A stretch of 64,000 nt of DNA from Lama glama (Eukaryota), in assembly GCA_028534125.1 (NCBI GenBank), contig CM052816.1, forward strand, positions 56,980,001 through 57,044,000, read 5' to 3'. The position numbers and the translations under genes were made by a program. Position 1 is the stretch's first letter; every line of letters starts with the position of its first letter. This document shows, in pieces, positions 1-10,989 of this stretch. The notes under the pieces are model-generated. The model was given only the letters and a program-made list of their open reading frames with translations, was not told the DNA's origin and did not search any database.

Positions 1-311
1 GTTTTAACTTGCTCGCCCGGGGCCCCGCCACCCCCTCCTCAACTGAACCGGCGAGAGGCGCTGGGAGAGAGGAAGGTCAAGTCCCCCGCCCCGGCCGGGT
101 GCACGCTGAGCCAAGGGAGCGCGGAGATCCTGGGGCTACCGCGGCGGCGCAGGAGTTACAAAGTCGCAGCGCAAGCCTCCGCCGCTGCCGCCGGGCCGCC
201 CCGGCGCAGCTTGAGCCGCAGCGGCGCCCCCCCAGCGTGGCGCCCCCGGGCCAAGCCCGCCGCCCGAGACCTGGGCTGGGGCGCGGCGGGAGCCCAGAGC
301 CCGGCGCCCCT

Positions 312-347
312 ATGGGCCGCCTCGCCGCCGCCGCGCCACAGCTATGA
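312..347 (+). other. Upstream ORF ([11 protein letters not shown]) overlapping the FOXD1 start codon
   Basis: ATG at 312-314 (context ccctATGg), 11 codons, stop TGA at 345-347 overlapping the main ATG at 344-346. Confidence 0.6.
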
Positions 348-1768
348 CCCTGAGTACGGAGATGTCCGATGCCTCTGGCCTCGCCGAGGAGACAGACATC
401 GACGTGGTGGGGGAAGGCGAGGACGAAGACGACGAGGAAGAGGAGGACGACGAAGAGGGCGGCGGTGGCGGGCCCCGGCTGGCTGTCCCCGCGCAGCGGC
501 GGCGGCGGCGGCGCTCGTACGCCGGGGAAGACGAGCTAGAGGACCTGGAGGAGGAGGACGACGACGATGACATCCTGCTGGCCCCGCGGACAGGGGGCTC
601 CCCGGCACCCCCGGGCCCAGCCCCAGTGGCAGGGGCCGGGGCCGGGGCCGGTGGTGGCGGCAGCGCGGGTGCGAGCGGCGGCGGCGGCAGCGTGAGCTCG
701 GGCGGCGGCGCCAAGAACCCCCTGGTGAAGCCGCCCTACTCGTACATCGCGCTCATCACCATGGCCATCCTGCAGAGCCCCAAGAAACGGCTGACGCTGA
801 GCGAGATCTGCGAGTTCATCAGCGGCCGCTTCCCCTACTACCGGGAGAAGTTCCCCGCCTGGCAGAACAGCATCCGCCACAATCTCTCGCTCAACGACTG
901 CTTCGTCAAGATTCCCCGCGAGCCCGGCAACCCCGGCAAAGGCAACTACTGGACGCTCGACCCTGAGTCCGCCGACATGTTCGACAACGGCAGCTTCCTG
1001 CGCCGGAGGAAGCGCTTCAAGCGGCAGCCACTGCTCCCGCCCAACGCGGCCGCCGCCGAATCGCTGCTGCTGCGCAGCGCGGGGGGCGCGGGGAGCCCAG
1101 GGGACCCCGCCGCCGCCGCCGCGCTCTTCCCACCCGCGCCCCCACCAGCCCCGCACGCCTACGGCTACAGCCCCTACGGCTGCGGCTATGGCCTGCAGCT
1201 GCCGCCCTACGCGCCGCCCTCGGCCCTCTTCGCCGCAGCCGCCGCTGCCGCCGCAGCCTTCCACCCGCACTCACCCCCGCCGCCCCCGCCGCCCCCACCG
1301 CCGCACGGTGCGGCGGCAGAGCTTGCCCGGACCGCCTTCGGCTACCGGCCGCACCCGCTCGGCGCCGCCCTGCCCGGCCCCCTGCAGGCCTCGGCGGCCA
1401 AGGCGGGCGGCCCGGGCACCTCAGCGCTGGCGCGCTCGCCCTTCTCCATCGAGAGCATCATCGGGGGCAGCCTGGGCCCGGCCGCCGCCGCCGCAGCCGC
1501 CGCGCAGGCCGCCGTCACCGTGCAGGCCTCGCCCTCCCCGTCTCCGGGGACGCCGTCCGCGCCCGCGCCCGCATCCGGCGGCGGCGGCGGCGGCGGCTGC
1601 GGGGCTCAGGCGGCGGTGGGACCGGCCGCCGCGCTCACCCGCTCCCTCGTGGCCGCCGCGGCCGCAGCCGCCTCCTCCGTCTCCTCGTCCGCCGCCCTGG
1701 GGACTCTGCACCAAGGGACTGCCCTGTCAAGTGTCGAGAACTTTACTGCTAGGATCTCAAATTGTTAA
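344..1768 (+). CDS. FOXD1: Forkhead box protein D1 (single exon, 474 aa)
   Basis: N-terminus [25 protein letters not shown], acidic tract, FoxD forkhead domain [28 protein letters not shown]...[17 protein letters not shown] (728-1024), eh1/Groucho motif FSIESII (1442-1462), Ala/Pro/Gly tracts and C-terminus [14 protein letters not shown], all typical of mammalian FOXD1. Intact frame, no introns. Confidence 0.98.
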   Translation: MTLSTEMSDASGLAEETDIDVVGEGEDEDDEEEEDDEEGGGGGPRLAVPAQRRRRRRSYAGEDELEDLEEEDDDDDILLAPRTGGSPAPPGPAPVAGAGAGAGGGGSAGASGGGGSVSSGGGAKNPLVKPPYSYIALITMAILQSPKKRLTLSEICEFISGRFPYYREKFPAWQNSIRHNLSLNDCFVKIPREPGNPGKGNYWTLDPESADMFDNGSFLRRRKRFKRQPLLPPNAAAAESLLLRSAGGAGSPGDPAAAAALFPPAPPPAPHAYGYSPYGCGYGLQLPPYAPPSALFAAAAAAAAAFHPHSPPPPPPPPPPHGAAAELARTAFGYRPHPLGAALPGPLQASAAKAGGPGTSALARSPFSIESIIGGSLGPAAAAAAAAQAAVTVQASPSPSPGTPSAPAPASGGGGGGGCGAQAAVGPAAALTRSLVAAAAAAASSVSSSAALGTLHQGTALSSVENFTARISNC

Positions 1769-2460
1769 TAACGCTATGTTAGCGCGCTTGAGATGGAGAA
1801 GGTAGGAATCCCGGCTCCTTTTTTCATCTGGGTGGTTTTGTGTTTTGTTCCCGCCTCCCGACGCGGCCCCTGCCGACCTCGCGCCCCCATTTTCGCCGCT
1901 TTGGATTCTCTGAGGAGACTGTTTGGCAACTGCTTGGGCGCGCTTTTTGGCTCTGCAGGTTCCCCTATTTCTGCAAAATCGCCCTATGCTGCAGTCCCCC
2001 AGTCTGGGGTGAGGAGGGAGAGGGTGCTGGTGGGGATCCGCCCTCTCTAGGCACAAGAGGCTTCCATGACTTTGGGAAATTTAAAAATTAAGCCTTTTTA
2101 AGGTCTAGAAATTCTCAGGTCCAGGCGTTTAAAAAAATCAATAATACTCAACAGAATAATGATACAAAAATAGTAACGGTCCCGAAGAATGGTTTTTATT
2201 TGAGGACACTTGTCTGGTGTACTTTTTCATGAAAAGGAAAAAATGATGATCATGTTTACACAAGGAAAAAGGTCAAAATTATCATTTCTTATTTTAACCT
2301 GTGTTTTGTATCATAACAGACATGCGGAATTTTTATTTTGTACTTACTGCGTATGCTTTACAAGGAGTATTGTAAATTTTACTGGCAATTGTACTATTCT
2401 AATGTAAGATTTTTACACTTTTTTTCAGAAATAAAATGCTTAATTTTCAAAGAAAAACCA
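1769..2460 (+). other. FOXD1 3'UTR (approximate end)
   Basis: Follows stop TAA; AU-rich distal part with TGTTTACA (2253-2260) and AATAAA (2430-2435). Confidence 0.75.
2430..2435 (+). terminator. Polyadenylation signal AATAAA of FOXD1
   Basis: Canonical hexamer about 660 nt after the stop, with an upstream T-rich stretch and a downstream T-rich element (about 2490-2510). Confidence 0.8.
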
Positions 2461-3789
2461 CCAAAAGAATTGGCTTCAGTCGTCCCCTTCTTAGTTTATT
2501 TTCTTTTCCTTAAAAAAAAAAGTTTCCTTGTGAGGGAGGTAGAAACCCATTATGAAATAGAAAAATATTTTCAAAGAGAATTTAATAGAAGCATCATGCC
2601 ATGAATTTTCATTTGTATTTTCCAAGTCAAAACCATTGCAGGACATGAGAAATTATTTTTTAAAGACTACAAATAAAAGGAATTACTTTGGTATACATTT
2701 TCAAGTCTTATTCTATTCCATTTTGAAGAGTGTTGAGGCTATTTAAAATGAGAGCCACAGTTACTCCAAGATGATTTTAAAGAACTTTAAATTTTACTTT
2801 GTAGCCTCGCACTTTATTTAATTTCCACTCACTTTTGAACACAATAGTGTATATTTTTGTAAAAATTCTAACATAATATTACATTGTAATGGAAGTGACA
2901 CAAGCAAATAGGCAATTTTTAGATTAAAATTTATTAGAAAAATGTAATAGAGATGATCATCAGTTAAATGGCTTTAAAGTCCTGAATAAGAAAATATTCA
3001 CATATATGAAATAAATTGTATATGAAAGCCCGAGTATTTGAAGCTATTTTCTTCGACAGAAAGGATTCCAGTAGTTGCATAAAGAAGTTTTTATCCTAAA
3101 AGATAAACTTAACATTAAAATTCTAGTTTAAATGAATAACTTAGGATATGTAAGGGAAACCTTCAATTTTGGAATAGTATACTCTTTAAAGAATAAAAGT
3201 GAAAATGCATCAGGTGTTTATTGAAATACTTAATATTTATACAATTCAAGTGATTTAGAATATCTTTTCAAACTTTGTTTTCATTAACTACTTGCTGCTG
3301 TCAATTTATAGTTCTTTGAAAAATTGTGAGACTAGTTTTGATGACTACAGGTGTTACTGTGGGCTCCAACTAAAACCAAGGTATATGTAGTATTAATTTA
3401 AATGATTAATACCATGAGTTGCATTGGTTAAATCTGTTAATTATTTTTTCAAATATCTGAGCAGGTATATATCTGAAGAGCTAGAGACTTAGCAAATTAA
3501 TGAAGACTGTATTACAGGCCAGTATTTTGCAGTGGCATTCAATCTCTATGCTCTGTCCTTTTCTCCCTTTTTAGAGACCAAAAAAACCTGACCCTCAGAG
3601 TCTCAAAATTAAGTTCTGTTTTTTTTTCTATGAAATATTTGTAAGAGGTTAAATCAGAGTTTAAAGTAAACACAATCACCCCCAAAATGTACCACAAAAT
3701 ATATAGATACAAGCTGAAATTCGTTAGACCAAAATCTTGGGTGAAAAGTTACTTTTACCCTAGCCCAGCTAAGAGATAGGAAACATTGG

Positions 3790-4545
3790 AATCCAGTACG
3801 TGCGAATGCCACTGCCGGCCCGGGTGGAAAGGCGTTAGCAGGCGAAGCCCAAACCGCACAGGCACTGCTGGCGGGCCTCGAGGCTTCTGTAATGCGTAGA
3901 TCCAAAATTAAGATCTGAAAGTAATTATGAAGAGGGAGCAAAATAACAAAACCGTGTGTATTTATTATTATTATTTGCATGATGCTTGGTTGTCCTGAAA
4001 GCTGGGAATCCCGGCTAAATCTCTCTGTTCAGATTTCCGCATCTTTTAAAAGAAGTGCGGGAACAGGCTCCACCTCCCAGGTTGTCAGTGCTTTTACAAG
4101 AATGGCCAGAAGGTCTGGCCTCGCTCGGCTCCCGGAGCTGGTGTACCGCTTCACCCGCAAGCAACATTGTGAGTACTGAGCCCTGAGAAAAGGGAAACGC
4201 GTTCCGTCTGCCTCAGTCTCGAGTTTTGTGTCGTGCGAGTTTAGCGCCTCCACCCTCCGGGTTTGGAGTTCCATCGTCCGCTTCGCGGTTCCACGTCGGC
4301 TTTGCTGGCTCCGCGGGCCTGGCCGGCAAGCGGACGGCAGACGGAGAAGCGAAGGTTGAAGGCCGCGGGGCAGGCGAGGGATGGGCCGTAGGCCGTGGAC
4401 CCGGCGAGCCAGGAGCGCGGGGCGCGCCCCGTCAGGCCGCGGGGCGAGCAGGTGCTGGAACAAAGGCCGCCGGGCCGCCCGGCTACTGAGGCCTTTGATG
4501 GGCGAGGACGTCTCCTCCCGGGGCTCCTCATTTGCATGCAAATCC
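3790..4545. promoter_or_regulatory. Orphan CpG island about 2 kb downstream of the FOXD1 CDS
   Basis: Dense CpG (especially 4225-4520) between AT-rich flanks; octamer motifs at 3973-3980 and 4530-4543; no credible ORF. Confidence 0.75.
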
Positions 4546-6390
4546 AGTTCTGGTTCCCTTTTCTTTGAAGGCAAACAGAAGGATGTTTGTGTGTTTGTAA
4601 GGACGAAGCCTGCTTGAACAAGCCTTCCTCAATAGGCTAGGTCTCGAAAAATAAACCAGTTGGACAAACATTGGCCACCAGCTCTCCTCCTCCTGACTAC
4701 AAAGTGTGGATTTGCTACAACTCATTAACCCGACGCTTTTCTCCCCTTCTTCTTGTTTCTCTGCTCATCAAACGCCCCCGTAGAGCCTGGAGACAAATGA
4801 CCGAAGCACAGTCGGGAGGGAATTGCAGTTAATAGGGAGAGGAGTATATTGGGGCTAATGGTTCAGGCAGCTCCAGGAGAAGGACCACACAAAAAGGAGC
4901 CTCTCCATTCAGGGCTCTGTTGTGTTGCGGGGATTTAATCTGCAGCTAGATTTAGCCAAATGTTATCTATTGCGGGGGTAATGAAGCCCTTATGGATTGA
5001 ATTGCTCCTTGTACCACACATGGTGTCATGACCTTAGATCATTTCTTGGTTGATTTCTTTTTTCTCTATTGGATAATTATTTTATTTCTTTAAAATAAGA
5101 TGCTAGTCCTTCTGCTCAACAACGTGTTTCCTTTCCACCCCCATCCCGTGAATTTATTTAAGAGCTACTTGCCTTCCTGTTAGAAAAGAAAAAGAAACTG
5201 AGGGTGGGGGAGGGAAAAAATTGTGAAGACTTGTCCCATTTTTATTCACCAAGGAATCTTGTTTGTACACCTCTACTTCCCTGTCCCCTACGCAGTGGCT
5301 GGTTCCTGCCCAAACTTTCTGCTGATGGACTTGGAATTTGGGATATATTTGGTATCAGACTTCTCACCGTGAATGTACTAAACATCCATCTGGGGAAAAG
5401 GCTTCTGTCCTTAACAGTTTTTTTTTTTAACTCACCATTTCTTCCTGTAGCCTGTCCTCTGAGAGTGCTGGGGGAGGTGGTTATTCTGATGGAAGGTGAT
5501 TATTTTGATGGAATACCAGCCTGTGCCATTTATTAAAGGCTGTCTGAGGCCAGTGGTTGTGCCTGTTTTGTTTTTCTCTCTCTGGCCCTGGTGGCTCTGA
5601 TTTCCTTGCTTGACCGAGGACCAAGCTTGGAGCAGCTAACGGTGTTATTACAACTGCTGTTGATGGGTAGGGATCTGATCTTACTATCCAAAGCCAGAAT
5701 TAAGAATTCTAGTTTTAGTTTAGAAATTCTTTGCTGGCTACACATTTTGCTCACACCTGTTTTTATTACTGAGAAAAATCATTTGGGGGCAACTTAGAGG
5801 TCATATCAGCATCAAACTCAATCCAAATCAGCAATCTGCCCACGAAGCACCCTGGTCTCTCTGGGCTTTTCCATGAGGGTAACCCCAGAACTAACTGGAA
5901 TGCCAGGGGTCTCTTTCCTCCTTTAGATCTGAACTGGACAAGGACAGGCCTGGGGAGCAGGGGACAAGTGAAGTGGGCCTGGCTTTCTCAGTGTCCATCC
6001 TTGTCTCTACCGGTTTCCTGGTGTGGCAGCTGGGTCACGCATATACACACCCAGGCATGTGCGCTCATTGCCTATCAGCTGCCACTTGCCTCTCTTCTCT
6101 GCTATGATTTTGTAATTAGGCATATGCTTTTTGTTGGTAAATGTGTTTGATGTCACGGCCAGTGAAACGTGGAGTGTTTATAGGGCCACAAATATAAATG
6201 TGTAAATATGTTTAGTGTAAAATCTGGCCCTTCGACTTTAGCAATAAATATCCTGCCAACTCGGATACGATTACATTTGACAGAAAGATGGAGAATCTGA
6301 TCATGACCAGCTGCTCAGGGCTCTTTGGCGCTTATACTTTCCCAACTGAATTCACTTTTCAGATAATTTCTTTGCATGTCACATCTCTCT

Positions 6391-6419
6391 AATCACATCT
6401 TTCCCTTGATGTGAACAGC
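6391..6419. repeat. 29-bp exact direct repeat, copy 1 (AATCACATCTTTCCCTTGATGTGAACAGC)
   Basis: Identical to 7988-8016; contains inverted repeat TCACATC-N8-GATGTGA. Confidence 0.95.
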
Positions 6420-6629
6420 TTGGGCTCCTTTCTTTTTATTGTTGACCCCTCTGGCATGCAGGAAACTTCCCAGTTCTCTCCTGCTTCTTTACCAGGAAAA
6501 TACTGTTCAGTAACAAGCGAAAAAAATGCATAGAAAACAACTGATTAATATCTTCAAGCCCCCATTTTGAGTCTCCAGGTGTGAGGAAGTGGCTCGGAAG
6601 AGAAATGAGGATAAAGACTGTAAGCTTCT

Positions 6630-6777
6630 TCTTCTTCTTCTTCTTTTTTTTAGAGGGAGAGGTGTTTAGGTTTATTTACTTATTTATTTATTTATTTAAT
6701 TGGAGGCACTAAGGATTGAAACCAGGACCTCGTGCATGCTAAGTACGCCCTCTACCACTGAGGTACACCCGCTCCCC
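6630..6777 (-). mobile_element. tRNA-Ala-derived SINE (camelid vic-1 type)
   Basis: Minus strand has a tRNA-like head with A- and B-box remnants, (TAAA)n and an A/(GAA)n tail. 17-bp TSD AAAGACT[G/A]TAAGCTTCT at 6613-6629 and 6778-6794. Confidence 0.9.
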
Positions 6778-6869
6778 AAAGACTATAAGCTTCTGACTCA
6801 TGCATATATAGTTTTCCTTGTCTTTAGCATTATCATCCTAACTTCAAAAACTATTTTGAGTTACTGTAA

Positions 6870-7050
6870 CTTTTAAAAGTGAACATGTTAAGGAAGTAAA
6901 ATATATGTATAGAAAAATGCACAAATCTCAACCACTTTTCACAAAGTGAGTATACCTGTGTAACCAGCTTCAGCTCGAGAGGCAGACGTTACCAGCACCC
7001 CAGAACCCCTTTCCTGTCCATTCCAGTCACTACCCTCAGCACACATTGAC
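6870..7050 (-). mobile_element. Old L1 (L1ME-like) 3' end fragment
   Basis: Degraded match to antisense L1ME 3' end (..aaaatgcacaaatc..tttcacaaagtgagtatacctgtgtaaccagc..ccagcaccccagaa..). Confidence 0.6.
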
Positions 7051-7069
7051 TTTTCAAAGAGACTTTCAC

Positions 7070-7240
7070 TAATATCTCTCTCTCAACCACACTGTGAAAT
7101 AAGACACTAATTGTTACTGACCCCACTTTACCAACAGAGTTATGAAGGCTCAAAAGATATGAAGTGAATTCCCCAAGGTAGCAGCTACTGGGACGTCAGC
7201 ATTGAAATCCCGTTTTATTTCCATTACATCACACTGCCAC
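7070..7240 (-). mobile_element. MIR SINE fragment
   Basis: Degraded antisense MIR core (ccccacttta..gaaggctcaaaagatatgaagtgaattccccaaggt). Confidence 0.55.
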
Positions 7241-7530
7241 TGTGTTGTCATCAATATGATTGATTAAATGCCCACTGTGGTAGGACAGTTGCCTTAGAGG
7301 TCATTGTGTAGGAGAGTCATTTATTTTTTATACACTTTTTTTGTTTTTGCTAGATCCTCCTCCCTGCCACCTCCACTCAGGGCTTCCTAGAGATACCCCA
7401 GCCTTTTTTTTTTTTTTTTGGAATTGATAGCTAATTATTTCAGATATGGCCACTTCCCCAACCTAGTTCTATGTGACACTCTCCTAGCATCACTTTTCCT
7501 TTTTTCTTTTGCATCAGCGATCTTTTTAAA

Positions 7531-7554
7531 CACACACACACACACACACACACA
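7531..7554. repeat. (CA)12 microsatellite
   Basis: Direct reading. Confidence 0.95.
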
Positions 7555-7987
7555 GCTTACCTTTTCACTTCTGTACTATGTGTCCATTTCCTCTGTTTCT
7601 CACTGATTTTTAATGGTCAAAATCTGCCAAACTGACAGAACTTTTTGCTAAACTGTTAAGTAGATCTTTGTAACCAGACTTAGGGTCACATCCTTCTCAT
7701 GTGGAAAAGGAAAGACTATGTAAAAGTCAGATCAAAAGGTTTAACATTTCATAAGAAAGCAAATCATTTTTCTGAGAATGTGATGTCCCCTCACTTTTTC
7801 AAAGGTTTTACTGTCTTTGAACAGCTGCATATGATGTGGCTTGAGAGGGTTCTGTTAGCCCCTGCACCGTTAATCCACTGCACTGGAGTCTCCTGAGGGG
7901 CAATCCCACCTGGAGCTCCAAACTGGCCAGAGGTCTCCCTAAAATGCTTTGGGGGTGGGGGTAGGGAATTCTGGACCACCTGCTGGA

Positions 7988-8016
7988 AATCACATCTTTC
8001 CCTTGATGTGAACAGC
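7988..8016. repeat. 29-bp exact direct repeat, copy 2
   Basis: Identical to 6391-6419. Confidence 0.95.
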
Positions 8017-10989
8017 CCATCCTTGCCAGTTGCCACCAAAAGCCTCACTGAAGCCCAGCCTCCTTAGCCAGGTGCTGGGGCCACTGCTTTGTCCTTTATG
8101 AGGACATCCAGGCTGGAGTCAATGCAGAGATTGCACCTGATTAATTGTGAGCACTGCACACCACAAAGGAAAGTGTATTCGGTGATCTTTTCAAGAGACA
8201 GTGCTTAATGCAAGATAACATTAATTTTCTAGAGAAAGCATTTAAAAAACAAACTTCTATTTCTTCTACATTCTAGACTGTAAAAGACAACAAAAAACCC
8301 ATTCCAGGAAGAAAAGCAGTCTCTTAAAATTAGAAGCTTTATTTAGATAGCTTGGAAAATTATAATTCTGAATTTGAAATCAGGAGGTCTGAAAGGATAT
8401 TTTTCTAGTCTTAAAGTGAGAGTGACTCTATCTTTCAAGATAGGATGCTTCCCTGTACATGGGATGCTACCATTAAGGAGACTCTATCTAGTCCATTAAG
8501 CAGAAGGCAAGTCTATGTAATGCATCCACAGGTTCGGCAAGTCCCCTGAGGACCAGGAGAGGGTCAGGCAGGCCTGAGTGGTAGACGATGGATCTGAGGC
8601 CATGGGACTTACCCAGGTCTGTCTGTCCCAGAGGGAGACAGAAACAAACTACAGATTCTCTCTTATTTGCAACTCTGGTCAATAACAGACTGGCAAAGAA
8701 AGGGGGGCAGATATGAATTATGGTAGAAAGCAGAAGCTTCTTTGAACACTTGCTTATGAATTCTCTTTAATATAACTAAAAGGCAGATATTTTGAGCATA
8801 AGAGGATGTGGCACATTTTCTGACAAGTCAATAATGAAAGATTATTATGAATGAAAAATAACTTTGTTTTCTATTTCTATTTTCTATTATTTTTATGCAG
8901 AGAGTATATATATATGAAAATGACATGACAAGGTTGTTTTCTGTTAAATGATTGACTTTGGAGATGGGGGAGGGGGAAATCACAAACAAACCAAAATCTC
9001 CAAAGCCTGCAACAGAAGGAATAAGCCTTGGTTGACAATTAATGTTAGCCCAGTTTTCACACTCATTTATACTTTTGGGGAATGTGGGAATGGGTTTCAA
9101 GAATCAAACAAGACAGTTCATGTGAAAATGCTTTGGAAAACAAAACCTATCCACATTTAGAGAATAATGGAATAATGATTCTTTTGTGGTTTCCCTTTCA
9201 CATCCTATTCTTCCAGGAAATAAAAATAAAAAGAAAAACATCTAAACTTTATAGAGTATATCCAAATCCTTAAATTAGTTGACAGAAATTTTTGGCCCCA
9301 TGTAAAAACTCATCTTCAAAATTCCCATCCTATCCATGAAATAAATTGTTATCTAACCTTCCCTAGAAACGAGAAGAAGTAGCATTGTGTTTTCTCTTAC
9401 TTCAGCCAGATGTGTATTTGGACGGTTAACTTTCTCCTCCCTTCTAAAATAAACAAACCAAAGGTGTTTTAAATCCACTTTTCCGGTCTCTTGTTCTATT
9501 TCTTTTGTCTAGTTATTTATCTACTGATCATCTCTTTAACCTCTAAGCTTTGAAAAGTGGGATTAGTCTGCAGTATTTATTGAGCACCTGCTACATTGCA
9601 AATCCCGTTATTCCACATTGAAATATAGGGAACAAATGAAAGAATTCCCACTACCAAGCTTCATCTAATAACAGAAACACATACTCACAAAACAAGAGGA
9701 ACAGACCATTTCAGCAGGATATAATGGGTTGGAGGGAAAGCTAGGAAGATGGTGTTTCCATTTCTCCATTTAACAGAACCATTTAAAAAAGCTCAGTCAT
9801 CTGTAAACTAAACTGAAGTTGCTTCTTGAAAATACCTTTCTGCTGTGGTGGTTTACTCTCAAAATATCAACAATACCTAAGTGCCTATGTGGTATGGAGG
9901 TAACTCAGTGAGAAACTCTTCCATGCAGAGAACTAGAAATTTGAGTTCCTTCCCACATTTTTAAGGCTTTTTATGAATAGTTTACCTATTAGTCTTACCC
10001 CATGAGTTCTCCGTGAAAAACTGCAAAGGGGGAGGAAGATGGTATGTGATCAGGCCCATCACAACATGCTCTTACTACTGTGAACTGAGACTAACCAACA
10101 CGGAATGAGTTTATGTCCACATGGGTTTGTGACAGAGTCAAATACACAGGCACAGTAAAAAGCCCTAGGACACCTTTTTCCTCCATCCTTAAACTTTTAT
10201 TGTAAGTCAAAGTTTTAAAATAAATTTAAAATGTTTAATAAAGAAAAATATATTCCTTGTATTCTTTTATAAACTTTAAAATAAATATCTTCCACTTGCA
10301 GAAATAGTAGACACATCAATATGCAAACTCAGAGTCTAGGGTTTGGATCACTGGGGGCGCAGAAGCACCCCAGAGTGTTTCCATATTCAAGCATTAGCCT
10401 CACCTTTAAGATGTCATCGCCAAAAAACTGAGGGCAGGTCACCAAGTTTGGGTCTTGTTTTCTTCAAAAGTAACCAGGGGTACCAGAGGACAAAAAAAAA
10501 AAAATGCTGAGGCACTGTGTTCTGTTTTTCTATTTAAGGAATTTAATATTTCTTTGCCTTCCTCCTCTTTCCCTCACCCTCCTCCCCCCATCTGCATACT
10601 TAGCAGGACTCCAACAAACCATCCCCCACACGTCATTAGAATTGTGTGGGGTGGGATCCCTTAGTTTAAGGAGTTGGTGGGTGCGAGTTGTTATTGTAAC
10701 TCTATTCTGTAACTAAAGCTCTGGCATGTAATAAATCTCTCCCCAAAGACTTTTGGATCTTTGATTTGAAAAATCGGATTCCTTTTGTGGAAACAGTTGA
10801 CAGGAACCTGAAAGGATTAGTTGCATTCCACATAGGATAATTTTTACTGGCAACATTTTGAAACGATTTGGTCCCTTTCAGACCTTAAACAATGTCCAGA
10901 AAAATGATCTAACGAGACTTGTATTGTTTTCCTTTGTCTGTGAATCCGTTTGCCGCTTGTGCCAACGCCTCCATAGGATTTTGACAGAG

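Larger units (their letters stand above)
1..2045. promoter_or_regulatory. CpG island covering FOXD1 proximal promoter, 5'UTR and CDS
   Basis: Very GC- and CpG-rich from base 1 through the CDS, with an abrupt switch to AT-rich sequence after about 2050. The island probably extends upstream of the window. Confidence 0.9.

Noticed and set aside
9..2091. Alternative-frame and antisense ORFs over FOXD1 (e.g. 536-1270 minus, 244 aa; 1188-1805 plus, 205 aa)
   Set aside because: Expected stop-poor shadows of a very GC-rich CDS; low-complexity products with no recognisable domain. Only the ATG-initiated last 11 codons of ORF 9-347 were kept, as a uORF.
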